In this document: piece after piece, positions 6,767 to 15,365 of the stretch
Numbering within the stretch: position 1 is the stretch's first letter
How the letters are laid out: every line of letters starts with the position of its first letter
IMG/VR virus record: IMGVR_UViG_3300037882_000671
Span: 1 to 40,445 of that record
DNA: 40,445 nt
Direction: 5' to 3' (one strand)
DNA from: a virus
Notes under the pieces: model-generated
What the model saw: the letters and a program-made list of their open reading frames with translations, nothing else
Databases searched by the model: none
Told to the model about the DNA's origin: nothing
Program-made: the position numbers and the translations under genes

Positions 6767-7047
6767 CACCAGAACAAAGACAAGAACTGATCGACCGTGT
6801 CTGTAGGTGTTTATTTGAGGTAGCTAATCAAAATCCTTATAATCCTGATGCACTTAAGGAGGCTGGCGCAGTGGTTGACCAAATTATTACACCGCTGGTT
6901 GAAAGGGCTATGGAAACTATCGAACTCAAAAAACGCGGCGCGGAAGCCGTGGTGATGCTTCAAGACCTGATTGATGGCGGCGAAGAATGTCGCGGCATGG
7001 ATAGCGCGATTAGCGGTGTAATCCGTAAATTAGAATGGGGGAAGTGA
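6763..7047 (+). CDS. Hypothetical protein, 94 aa
   Basis: ATGA overlap with the upstream stop. Confidence 0.7.
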   Translation: MTPEQRQELIDRVCRCLFEVANQNPYNPDALKEAGAVVDQIITPLVERAMETIELKKRGAEAVVMLQDLIDGGEECRGMDSAISGVIRKLEWGK

Positions 7048-7253
7048 TGACGAGCAGCGCAAATGATGAATGGGATCACGGCAAGCTGACCGATGCCATT
7101 AAAAATATGGACGTTATTGTGACTAATTTAAAAAAATATAACGGTCATTCCGCCTATGAAATGCAAAGGGCATCCGCGCTTATACATGCCATAGACTTTA
7201 TCGAATACAACATGCGTGAGATGGAAATAACAGGAGGCAATGGGGATTTATGA
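7047..7253 (+). CDS. Hypothetical protein, 68 aa
   Basis: The ATG overlaps the upstream TGA by 1 nt; GGGGGAAG upstream. Confidence 0.65.
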   Translation: MTSSANDEWDHGKLTDAIKNMDVIVTNLKKYNGHSAYEMQRASALIHAIDFIEYNMREMEITGGNGDL

Positions 7254-7477
7254 AAACCATACTAGGCCACAACATAACCCTGCTACGCAAGCGGAAGGGA
7301 TTAACCTTGCAAGGACTGGCTGATTTAATCGGCACAAGCAAATCGTATATCTGGGAATTGGAGAATAAGTCCAATCATCCATCGGTGTATCTAGCAAGCA
7401 AGATAGCTCATACGCTGGGAGTGAGTACGGATAAATTAATTGATAAGCCTATCCGCGAGGAAGGAAGAATAGTTTAA
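7250..7477 (+). CDS. XRE/Cro-C1-type helix-turn-helix transcriptional regulator, 75 aa
   Basis: LRKRKGLTLQGLADLIGTSKSYIWELENKSNHPSVYLASKIAHTLGVS is a classic HTH_3 pattern. ATGA overlap. Last gene of the rightward arm. Confidence 0.85.
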   Translation: MKTILGHNITLLRKRKGLTLQGLADLIGTSKSYIWELENKSNHPSVYLASKIAHTLGVSTDKLIDKPIREEGRIV

Positions 7478-7479
7478 AA

Positions 7480-8619
7480 CTAAACTGGCCTAATCGTATT
7501 ATTTGTACCCTGATTATATACGGAAAATGCTGCAAAATTAGTTACGGTATTATCTAAAACTTTATTAGTATTTGTACCATTTTGTAGCCATATCCCCGTA
7601 TCTACATTATCTATCTGATTCAGGGCGATAATGGAGTTCCTCATATTCTGGCATACCATACCGTTTCTGGCGTGCGTATTGGTTCCATTCACTTGGATCG
7701 TATTGCCGATAATACTATTTCTATCAGCACCGATAACCGTATTATTCACACTAATTCCAATCCAGTCATATGTAGTGCCATCCGTCATGCCGTAGAGCAA
7801 GTTTTCATGGATGATAAGCTGCGAAACATCGGTAGTTTTAATGCAGCCTTTCTTGGCGTTGATGTGTTGTCCAGTGACTTTTAGCAAGGGACGCTTTCCG
7901 CTGCCAGTGCTATTCCAGACAATTCCGTAGTTACAGCCCACCATGGGAGACTGATCAACATAAACCCCCTCTACATAGCCAGTAATATTAAGGGATATAT
8001 CGACATCTCGGAAATGACAGTTGTTAATTAGATGATCTACGGGTTGCCCTAGCGCTGAACTTATATCCAGCGCCGTGCCAAAGAAGGTACTCAGTCCAGA
8101 ATTATAGCCCTGGAATTTGCATGCCCTTATTAAGGGGAATGTGCAGTCAATCATCTGTACGGCTTTATTGAAATACCCTCCCAATCCACCACCCGTTCCG
8201 CTAAATGTAACGTTCTCAATATATTTCACTGGCCCGGAATCAGAGCCATCAGAGGATGTGCATTTAAAAGCTGGCCCTGAATTTCCTATAGCGGTCTGGA
8301 AAGATATATCTTCCGCACCTATAGATGCTCTTTTTCCAGCATATGTTGATTTAGGAAATGACACATCAAAGAGTCCCGCCGATGTGGTGGCAACTATGGA
8401 AGATAATTCCGGAGCATCACCAAAGACAACAAAGGATTGGGACGCCGCCATAGACGCAGGGAGCAATGCGCTAACATTGTATCGGCCTCCCGGCACATAA
8501 AGCTTGCCGCCAATATTAGAGGTTTTCAGGTCAGTAATAGCCGAGTTAATAGCTGCGGTATCGTCGGTTGAGCCATCACCTACAGCGCCGTAATCTTTAA
8601 CGCTGAATATCATGGACAT
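7480..8619 (-). CDS. Pectate-lyase-superfamily (right-handed beta-helix) tailspike / polysaccharide depolymerase, 379 aa
   Basis: N-terminal VKDYGAVGDGSTDDTAAINSAI signature of Pectate_lyase_3-type proteins. Asn/Gly-rich repeats. AGGAG SD. Confidence 0.85.
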   Translation of the reverse strand: MSMIFSVKDYGAVGDGSTDDTAAINSAITDLKTSNIGGKLYVPGGRYNVSALLPASMAASQSFVVFGDAPELSSIVATTSAGLFDVSFPKSTYAGKRASIGAEDISFQTAIGNSGPAFKCTSSDGSDSGPVKYIENVTFSGTGGGLGGYFNKAVQMIDCTFPLIRACKFQGYNSGLSTFFGTALDISSALGQPVDHLINNCHFRDVDISLNITGYVEGVYVDQSPMVGCNYGIVWNSTGSGKRPLLKVTGQHINAKKGCIKTTDVSQLIIHENLLYGMTDGTTYDWIGISVNNTVIGADRNSIIGNTIQVNGTNTHARNGMVCQNMRNSIIALNQIDNVDTGIWLQNGTNTNKVLDNTVTNFAAFSVYNQGTNNTIRPV

Positions 8620-8630
8620 ATTAAGAACTC

Positions 8631-9020
8631 CTATTTTACAGCCTTAATCTTGTCAACAGTACGAAGCGTGCCTAACCCAAGCATGCCATAAAGCAGGGTA
8701 TCTAGCTGCGTTTTGTCAAGGGTTGGAAAATCTGGATATATTCCAAGCGTTATCAATATGGCAGAAAGCACTGGAACAATCAGCATTTGATAAGCAAGGC
8801 AGATAACGCACAGCCAGCCAGCAGCGGGCCGCCAACCCGAAACAAACAGGCTTTGGCTGGCGGCCTCTACTTTATTCACTTCAAGCTGTGCGGCATCGCT
8901 TTTAGCAATCGCATCAAGGAGCGTAACCTGAAGCTCATTTCTAAGCTCATTAGCCTTATTCTTATTGGGGATCAGATCTACAATTTTATCAACAATAGGT
9001 AAAACCAAGTTCCAGATCAT
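8631..9020 (-). CDS. Holin, 3-TM type (GTA-holin-like family, from memory)
   Basis: Motifs EAASQSLFVSGWRPAAGWLCV and C-terminal LGLGTLRTVDKIK. Hydrophobic segments. Adjacent to the endolysin. Confidence 0.7.
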   Translation of the reverse strand: MIWNLVLPIVDKIVDLIPNKNKANELRNELQVTLLDAIAKSDAAQLEVNKVEAASQSLFVSGWRPAAGWLCVICLAYQMLIVPVLSAILITLGIYPDFPTLDKTQLDTLLYGMLGLGTLRTVDKIKAVK

Positions 9021-9022
9021 AT

Positions 9023-9433
9023 TTATCCCTTCCTCATTAGTTCAGCCATACGATGCGCTCTAGCGGGTGAATCTTCTTTTGCCCACTTACTATCTAACAT
9101 CTCATCGGCTGCGCCCCGGTAGTCTCCAACAGCAATCCTGATACGCATGTTCTTAAATCCAGCCAAACGCGCTCCCCCTAATTGAAATGCCATAGCCGCC
9201 AATACTGCTTGCCGGTTCGCAGAAATCTTGCCATAGGTTGGGAATAATGCCTTAGCATCATCTTCTGAGCGCTCTATGTCGTTTTCCATGAGCATGAGCG
9301 CCTCTTCCTTGCTGACCCCCACCTCATCAAGATTCCGGCCAATGCCTATGGTTAGCAAACCCTTAGTGTCGTTATAAGGTTTGAGTCTTATACCTTCTTC
9401 ACGGATGAGTATTTCTCGGAGAATCTCGCGCAT
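9023..9433 (-). CDS. Endolysin, GH24 T4-lysozyme-like muramidase, 136 aa
   Basis: REEGIRLKPYNDTKGLLTIGIGRN matches the E..D..T catalytic pattern (EG.r..Y.D..G..TIG.G). No N-terminal signal or SAR segment. Confidence 0.9.
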   Translation of the reverse strand: MREILREILIREEGIRLKPYNDTKGLLTIGIGRNLDEVGVSKEEALMLMENDIERSEDDAKALFPTYGKISANRQAVLAAMAFQLGGARLAGFKNMRIRIAVGDYRGAADEMLDSKWAKEDSPARAHRMAELMRKG

Positions 9434-9777
9434 TATTTAATAACCCTGTAAACCTCAAGAATTAATGCAAATGCACCCACAAAACCAAGCCCCATCCAAA
9501 TAAGCTTACGATGATTACTAAGTTCGTCTTTAATAGATTTAACCTCGATTAAAAGTGGCATAAATACATCATTTTTAATGCCGCCTACCACCTCTTTAAT
9601 CATCGCCTCAAGGCGTTTCTCTGTTTTTTCGAGCATACTAAGAGTCTCTGACCTGTGGTTTATGACTTCTTGTTGTCGTTGATATTTCTCAGTTTCAAGA
9701 GTCAATAGCCCCTTCTCTACTGCTCCAATACGAACAAGTAACTCATCTAAAGAATTAATGCGTCTTTCGTCTGTCAT
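9433..9777 (-). CDS. Coiled-coil protein with a single C-terminal TM helix, 114 aa (lysis-associated?)
   Basis: ATGA overlap with the upstream fibre gene stop. C-terminal LIWMGLGFVGAFALILEVY. Stop overlaps the endolysin start. Confidence 0.65.
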   Translation of the reverse strand: MTDERRINSLDELLVRIGAVEKGLLTLETEKYQRQQEVINHRSETLSMLEKTEKRLEAMIKEVVGGIKNDVFMPLLIEVKSIKDELSNHRKLIWMGLGFVGAFALILEVYRVIK

Positions 9778-10787
9778 GCCCAAGCCATGTACATATAGAC
9801 CGCAGCATTGGTATTCACGCTGCCGCTAGTAGATTTAATGGTAAAATCGGAGGCGTTTAAGTCAGCAAAGTTTGTAGCAGACTCAGCGCCAATATCTGCT
9901 AGATTAACACTAGCAGTATTGCCGTAAATCATGGTTACGTTGTCACCAGATGCGATGCGTTTAATAATAATGACCAATGTCGGCGTAAAGCTTAGACTGA
10001 CTACTGGCCCACTAGCATTGCCATTACCAGTATAGGTGCCAAACGCGCTTTTTCCGGCTACGGCGGCAAAGAGATACGCTATGTAGGTTGTCAGCAATCC
10101 ATTGGTTGCGGCTATTGTTCCCACAGAGAAAACGCTGGATGTTGGTGCAGTTCCATTCCAATACGCCGTATCGTTAATAAGATTGGCCCCAGTTCCATCC
10201 CCCCAAGTTGTGGCGTAATCTTCTGGGGCGGTGGCGTCTGAGTTAAAGTCGTATAAACTCCATTCTCCAATGGCACTTAAAGACTTAACGAGCATGACTG
10301 TTGGCGCAACACCTAGCGCATGAGCTTCAGTCTTGGCTATCCCAGTGCCTGTGTACGTCACAATATCAAAATATCCCGCCAACTTCTTCCATAAGAAGCT
10401 CTGATATGTCGATGCGGCCTGATTTACTGCACTGTTTGCGCCAAGCGTAATGCCGTCTGCGTCGAAAGATGTGATGTAATCAGTAAGCCCCGTAGCCTGC
10501 GCCGCTTCGGTTGGAGATGCAAGGGCGACGCCGGTGCCCCTTGTTGCATCTTGTAAATTGAACTGCTGGCCTGCACTACGCTTCTTAGTAATGCCAAAGT
10601 CTGGCTGGAATCCTGCGCCAGTTACCGCGTTTCCGCCAGCACCAGTACCTGAGTATGCGAGAGTCTTAAAAACCGTCGTGGCAGCTATATCTTGTCCATT
10701 AATACTATCGCCAGACACAAGTGTTCGCCCGGTCAGCTTTGAGATACTGGCAATAGCGATATTATTAATTTTTGCTACGTTTGCCAT
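9774..10787 (-). CDS. Tail-fibre-like / receptor-binding-like protein, 337 aa (paralogue of 19436..20359)
   Basis: Shares DIVTYTGTG, YWNGTAPTSSVFSVGT, TYIAYLFAA, YTGNG and C-terminal YMYMAWA with the 307-aa ORF. Confidence 0.8.
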   Translation of the reverse strand: MANVAKINNIAIASISKLTGRTLVSGDSINGQDIAATTVFKTLAYSGTGAGGNAVTGAGFQPDFGITKKRSAGQQFNLQDATRGTGVALASPTEAAQATGLTDYITSFDADGITLGANSAVNQAASTYQSFLWKKLAGYFDIVTYTGTGIAKTEAHALGVAPTVMLVKSLSAIGEWSLYDFNSDATAPEDYATTWGDGTGANLINDTAYWNGTAPTSSVFSVGTIAATNGLLTTYIAYLFAAVAGKSAFGTYTGNGNASGPVVSLSFTPTLVIIIKRIASGDNVTMIYGNTASVNLADIGAESATNFADLNASDFTIKSTSGSVNTNAAVYMYMAWA

Positions 10788-11614
10788 TATGCAAGCTCAA
10801 TGTAAGTGTTATCCGGATTGAACCAAAGCAGAGTGCTGGAAAGTGCATATCCTATAACGCGCACCACATCTGCGCTACCTACCGGTGCCGTAGCCGTAAT
10901 TGCTCCAGGAGTGCCAGATATATAATAAGTAGCACCTGGCGTAAGCCCTGATGTGGTATAAAGCCCACTTAAAATAAATACGCCCGTAGCATCCTCGGCA
11001 ATTGTTGCCGTACACATTGCCAACAAGCCAGCAGAGGTGGCAGCAGCATCCGCATCCGTTAACTCCATTTTCCCGTCAGCCGTTGCCATATAGCAGAGAT
11101 TGCCGTTAGCAAGACTTGCACCTGCGGTAAGCGTAGCCGTAAGAGAGGGGGTGTCTATCGTAGGAGAAGTGCCGAATACTAACGCACCTGAGCCAGTTTC
11201 GTTGGTAACGGCGGATGCAAGATTAGCGGATGTAGGCGTTGCTAGGAATGTAGCCACGTTTGAGCCTAGCCCTGTAATACCCCCGACAGCAACAGCGCTG
11301 GCCGTTGTAGCGGTGGTTGCCGTGTCGGCGTTACCCGTAAGAGCACCCACAAATGTTGAGGCAGTTAAGGCGTTTGTCGTAGCGTTGTAGGTTAAGCCAG
11401 CGTCACTAAGAACAGCCTGAGTGCCTGTTGCTCCACCAGCCAGCAACACAGAGGTCGTAGTATCCCCTCCGGCATCGGCAACCGTAACTGTCGCGGCATT
11501 TGTGCTGGGAGTGACAAGAACATCGGTAGTGCCGCTCCTGACCGCCACCAGAACATCTGTCGCTGCATTGACCGCCCCGCCAGACGCTATTGCACTAAGT
11601 TTTACACCTGCCAT
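10787..11614 (-). CDS. Tail fibre protein, 275 aa, Ala/Thr/Gly-rich
   Basis: FVGALTGNADTATTAT motif is typical of phage fibres. GGAG SD. Confidence 0.8.
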   Translation of the reverse strand: MAGVKLSAIASGGAVNAATDVLVAVRSGTTDVLVTPSTNAATVTVADAGGDTTTSVLLAGGATGTQAVLSDAGLTYNATTNALTASTFVGALTGNADTATTATTASAVAVGGITGLGSNVATFLATPTSANLASAVTNETGSGALVFGTSPTIDTPSLTATLTAGASLANGNLCYMATADGKMELTDADAAATSAGLLAMCTATIAEDATGVFILSGLYTTSGLTPGATYYISGTPGAITATAPVGSADVVRVIGYALSSTLLWFNPDNTYIELA

Positions 11615-11615
11615 A

Positions 11616-11741
11616 TCAATTCTCCGTTATGTATTCGTTTAAACCATCTTCAGTGACGTAGTTATCTGCGCCGTTTTCGGTGATATATTCACCACTGGAC
11701 GGCCCTAATCCGCCATTAAGACTGTCAAAGAAAAAGAACAT
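11616..11741 (-). CDS. Micro-ORF, 41-aa acidic peptide (MFFFFDSLNGG...EYITEN..EYITEN)
   Basis: TAATG overlap upstream. Its stop lies 1 nt before the next ATG and the next gene's GGAG is inside it. Below the track cutoff. Confidence 0.4.
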   Translation of the reverse strand: MFFFFDSLNGGLGPSSGEYITENGADNYVTEDGLNEYITEN

Positions 11742-12103
11742 TATTCAATGCCTCTGACCGCCAGAAGAACAGTGCGGCCCGCATCCCCGTTCGCAGCGGC
11801 ATTACTCACCACCTTGATATACTGCCACCCCGCAAATACGGCAGGGGGGAGCGCATATGCGCGGCTGGTAGTAACCGTTACTGAAACCTGAGTGCCTGCC
11901 ACGCCGTCATAGAGAGGAATAAAAGTACCGCCCGTGGTGTTTGAAACTGTAAATGTAAGGGCCGTTCCGGTGAACGTTCCCGGAGTAATAAGCCCACAGA
12001 GCGTACCTCCGCGCAGGTTGATTTCCTGTGACGTAGTGCTGGCCGTTTCAATTGTGGCAGCGGGATATTTAAGCCTATCCTTGCCGATATTCACTTCTAC
12101 CAT
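11741..12103 (-). CDS. Hypothetical virion-module protein, 120 aa
   Basis: Start overlaps the upstream stop by 1 nt. Thr/Gly/Val-rich beta-type composition. Confidence 0.7.
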   Translation of the reverse strand: MVEVNIGKDRLKYPAATIETASTTSQEINLRGGTLCGLITPGTFTGTALTFTVSNTTGGTFIPLYDGVAGTQVSVTVTTSRAYALPPAVFAGWQYIKVVSNAAANGDAGRTVLLAVRGIE

Positions 12104-14319
12104 TAGATTTCTCCTTGTGTTGGTTGTTTGGATTCAACTTTGCTTGCCAGCAGGTACGCAAGCTCCCCATTGGTGCGTGGTCTGCGTCCATCAAAGAAGA
12201 TGTTACGGTTTGCCTTTGCTTGCACCGGAAATGTTTTAGGAGCCAGTTTATTAGGATCAGCTTGTAAAAGCATCGCAGCACCACGCGCACCCATAAAGTG
12301 AGCAATATAGGATTCTCCCGCCGTTACTTCGCGTCCAAGGGCTTTACCCAGCGCGTCTGCATTCTCCGCAGTGAGATGCGCCGCCATCAAGGCATTGGCT
12401 TCAGGATTCATCACATCGCGCATGGTGATTCCATATTGCTCACCGTATTTCTTTGCCAGCGTGCGGAATGTTGGCTTGGTAATCTGGAATAAGCCAGCGG
12501 CGGAGCTTGTTTTAGATTGCGCCTGTGGGTTTAGGCTGCTTTCCGTGTAGGCAATAGCATGAAGCAGGTTGGGGTCAACGCCCGTTGCCTGCGCTGCGCT
12601 GTTGATGGTGGACTCGATGGAGGATTGCGGGTTTATCGGAGCATCAGCGGGTTTTTGCTCCATGCTCGGAAATTGTGAGGCTGGCTGCGGCATTGCTTCC
12701 AGTGGCGCTACATCCATAGAAGAGGGAGAGGATGCGTCGGGAAGTGTAACGGCTGGGGTTTGTGCGGTTGGCTGCGCTTGCGATGCAGCCGAAGTAGCGG
12801 GAACGGCAGCCTGCATTGCGCGGGTTGCTAACGGAACATTGCCAACACCGGGAATGATTTGTTTCGGTGCTATGCCCTCAATGGTTTGAAGCAAGTTTTC
12901 AGCCTGCCCGCGAGTAGCAGTTTTATATACTTGCTTTGCCGCCGTACCAACTGCCGGAACTACGGCTCCGCCTATACCAGCCCCAACCGGGCCGCCAACA
13001 GCAGCGCCATAGGCCGCGCCACCAGCACCGCCGAATATCCCGCCAACTCCACTGCCTATCCGAGCCGTATCGAAGCCAAACTTACCTAAAATCTTCAAGA
13101 TTCCATTAGTATTTCCAAGGTTCGCTGCGCGCGATAAAGCCTCTTTCTCCGCATTACTCCACCCGCGTATATTTTCCTTCTTATTCATATATTTCGTGAG
13201 TTCGCGCTTGATATAATTCGGATCGTTCTGCGACTTTGTAATGATTTCCGCCACATCATCAAATTTAGATGCTTGCGAGTATTCCTTACGGAAGCGATTG
13301 AGAAGCTCAACAGCGACCTTCCCGCCTTTGCCAACGAAATCGCCTTCTTGTGCGTTATTAACCGCATTATCCAAAGCGCGGCGCACCGCACCCGCAGCAA
13401 CAGAATCTTCGCCAAAAGCACTGCGAAGCGTGCGGCGGTACTGGTCAAGATAATTCAAACTAATGCCATTGCCAGAATCCACCTGCTCTCGAATGCGCTT
13501 CACCACGCCATAGGTTTTAGGGCTTAATTCCGGGATTAAATCCACCTCTTTCAACGCATCATCTATATTGGAAACAATCTCCCGAGCCTTTTTTGGCTTA
13601 ATCACCACGCCCATTCTGGTTATTTCATTGCGTATAGAGCCTGCCCCCTGTTTACCCTGCAATGCCTGCGTTGCCAGTTCGTCACCACTACGGGCGGTTA
13701 TACCTTGTGCGATATTGCGGACACCACGCTCAATGGCAGCAGGTGCATTCATTGCTATTTGTGTTGCTGCACCACCTGCTAACGCCCCTATCAGCGGCGC
13801 AATAGTGCTGTCTGGAGCGACTTCTTTGGCAATGCCAGCACCTCCGCCTGCGCCCGCCAGCGAGACAAGCTCTTTGCCCGTTTGTGGAGCAAGTTGCGAT
13901 AATATAGATGCAGCACGCGGGGCTTGCGTTGCCATTTGCGCCAGTTTGAATGGCGCAGCGCCAGAAAGAAACTCGCTAGCAGTATCTACAACGCGCTCGG
14001 TAGCATTTTGTGGTGCCGTGCTATATGGAGTGCCTTGCGTTGCAGTATCAAAACCTTGTCGAATGGCTTGTGATGGAGAACCGAAGCGGAAGTTAGAGCC
14101 TGCCATGCCAAGCACCGCATCGAGGGGGGCGTTTATAATATCGCCTATACCCGCCGCGCCTGCGCCCGCAGAGCGTGCGGTACGGAGCAACCCACGGCCA
14201 GCTTGTTGCGGTATAGAAGGTTCAGCCTCATCACCCACAATAGGGGCAGCCATCCACGCAGGTTGTCCACCTTGCGCCTGCTGGCCACCACCCACTACTG
14301 GTGCATCCTGCCACCCCAT
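12103..14319 (-). CDS. Internal virion (ejection) protein with C-terminal SLT lytic transglycosylase domain, 738 aa
   Basis: LLHAIAYTESSLNPQAQSKTSSAAGLFQITKPTF (catalytic E-S, GLFQI) at ~12220-12560. Gly/Ala-rich N-terminal part. Confidence 0.9.
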   Translation of the reverse strand: MGWQDAPVVGGGQQAQGGQPAWMAAPIVGDEAEPSIPQQAGRGLLRTARSAGAGAAGIGDIINAPLDAVLGMAGSNFRFGSPSQAIRQGFDTATQGTPYSTAPQNATERVVDTASEFLSGAAPFKLAQMATQAPRAASILSQLAPQTGKELVSLAGAGGGAGIAKEVAPDSTIAPLIGALAGGAATQIAMNAPAAIERGVRNIAQGITARSGDELATQALQGKQGAGSIRNEITRMGVVIKPKKAREIVSNIDDALKEVDLIPELSPKTYGVVKRIREQVDSGNGISLNYLDQYRRTLRSAFGEDSVAAGAVRRALDNAVNNAQEGDFVGKGGKVAVELLNRFRKEYSQASKFDDVAEIITKSQNDPNYIKRELTKYMNKKENIRGWSNAEKEALSRAANLGNTNGILKILGKFGFDTARIGSGVGGIFGGAGGAAYGAAVGGPVGAGIGGAVVPAVGTAAKQVYKTATRGQAENLLQTIEGIAPKQIIPGVGNVPLATRAMQAAVPATSAASQAQPTAQTPAVTLPDASSPSSMDVAPLEAMPQPASQFPSMEQKPADAPINPQSSIESTINSAAQATGVDPNLLHAIAYTESSLNPQAQSKTSSAAGLFQITKPTFRTLAKKYGEQYGITMRDVMNPEANALMAAHLTAENADALGKALGREVTAGESYIAHFMGARGAAMLLQADPNKLAPKTFPVQAKANRNIFFDGRRPRTNGELAYLLASKVESKQPTQGEI

Positions 14320-15365
14320 TATGGCTTCCTCCGGCGTGTGCCATCGGGCGCGGTAAATACTGTTCCGCTTGGCATGGCGTTGTATTTGGATTCAAAATCA
14401 GAGCCTTTACCTTCCGTTTTTAATTCGGGAAGCTTCAGGTTTTCGCCAAAATCCATTTTAATCGCATCGCTAATTCTCTTATGAGACTGAACCAACTGGC
14501 TTTGCAGGCTATTAAGTTGTTTCTTGTATTCAGTCTGGCTAAGGTTCGGATTAATGGCCGCAAGGGTGGATTGCAGTTTTTCCCCCTCACGCTCTGTTAC
14601 GCTTCCTACCGCTCCCCCCGTTGGGGAATTGGCACGCATTTCTGCCAGACCATTTACGAAGTTATTAGCAGTCAACACCAAGTTATCTGCATTGCGAAGG
14701 TCATAGGCGTCTGTTCCCGGCATCAACCCAAGAATCGCGCCAATAGTTCCTGTTGTTCCAGTGGCGGCCTTGCCTTTAGCAGATGCAATATTATCCAGCA
14801 TGTTCTGCATCTGTGCGGTTGCAGAAGCGTAGGATTTAAATAGTTTTGGTTTTGCCGCTTCTTTTTCCGCCATCAACTGTGCAGTTTTCTGCTGATATTC
14901 CATCTTTGCTTTCGGCATCATTCCAGCCGTTGGATCTGGCTGCCCACCTGCGCCCTGTTGTGGCAAACCTCCTGGCAATACACCGGGTTGCTGTGGTTGC
15001 ACTCCGCCATAAGGCTTAATATCAAGCTGCTGGGCATTTGGATTGTATTGTGTGGTATATGCTTCGCCAGTAACCGGATTAAATTCAAGGTTGGCGGCAT
15101 TCATTGGCTTCGGAATTAGTGCCGACAGCCGAGCCTGCGTAAACTCTGGCGACATCGATCCGAGCGCCGATAGTTGCTCTTGCGATAACTGACCACCTGA
15201 TTGCGCCAGAATCTGATTCATGGCGATAAGTTTTTGCCGCTGCTTTTGCTCTTCTAATTGGCGAGCGCCAGATGGAGTTGCAGCATATCCGGCCTCAAAG
15301 AAAGTTTGCGGAATAGCCGCAACACGTCCGCCGAATCCCATCAGTGAATCAAGAAAAGAAGCCAT
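14319..15365 (-). CDS. Internal virion protein-like, Gln/Gly/Pro-rich, 348 aa
   Basis: Position and composition. 1-nt start/stop overlaps on both sides. Confidence 0.75.
   Translation of the reverse strand: MASFLDSLMGFGGRVAAIPQTFFEAGYAATPSGARQLEEQKQRQKLIAMNQILAQSGGQLSQEQLSALGSMSPEFTQARLSALIPKPMNAANLEFNPVTGEAYTTQYNPNAQQLDIKPYGGVQPQQPGVLPGGLPQQGAGGQPDPTAGMMPKAKMEYQQKTAQLMAEKEAAKPKLFKSYASATAQMQNMLDNIASAKGKAATGTTGTIGAILGLMPGTDAYDLRNADNLVLTANNFVNGLAEMRANSPTGGAVGSVTEREGEKLQSTLAAINPNLSQTEYKKQLNSLQSQLVQSHKRISDAIKMDFGENLKLPELKTEGKGSDFESKYNAMPSGTVFTAPDGTRRRKP

Noticed and set aside
13568-14356. 262-aa + ORF and several other long + ORFs (12569..12889, 13241..13527) within 12103..14319.
   Set aside because: They are antisense to the SLT-domain internal virion gene. 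Their Ala/Pro/Cys/Ser-rich composition is typical of the reverse frame of a GC-rich gene, and they have no SD or coupling.
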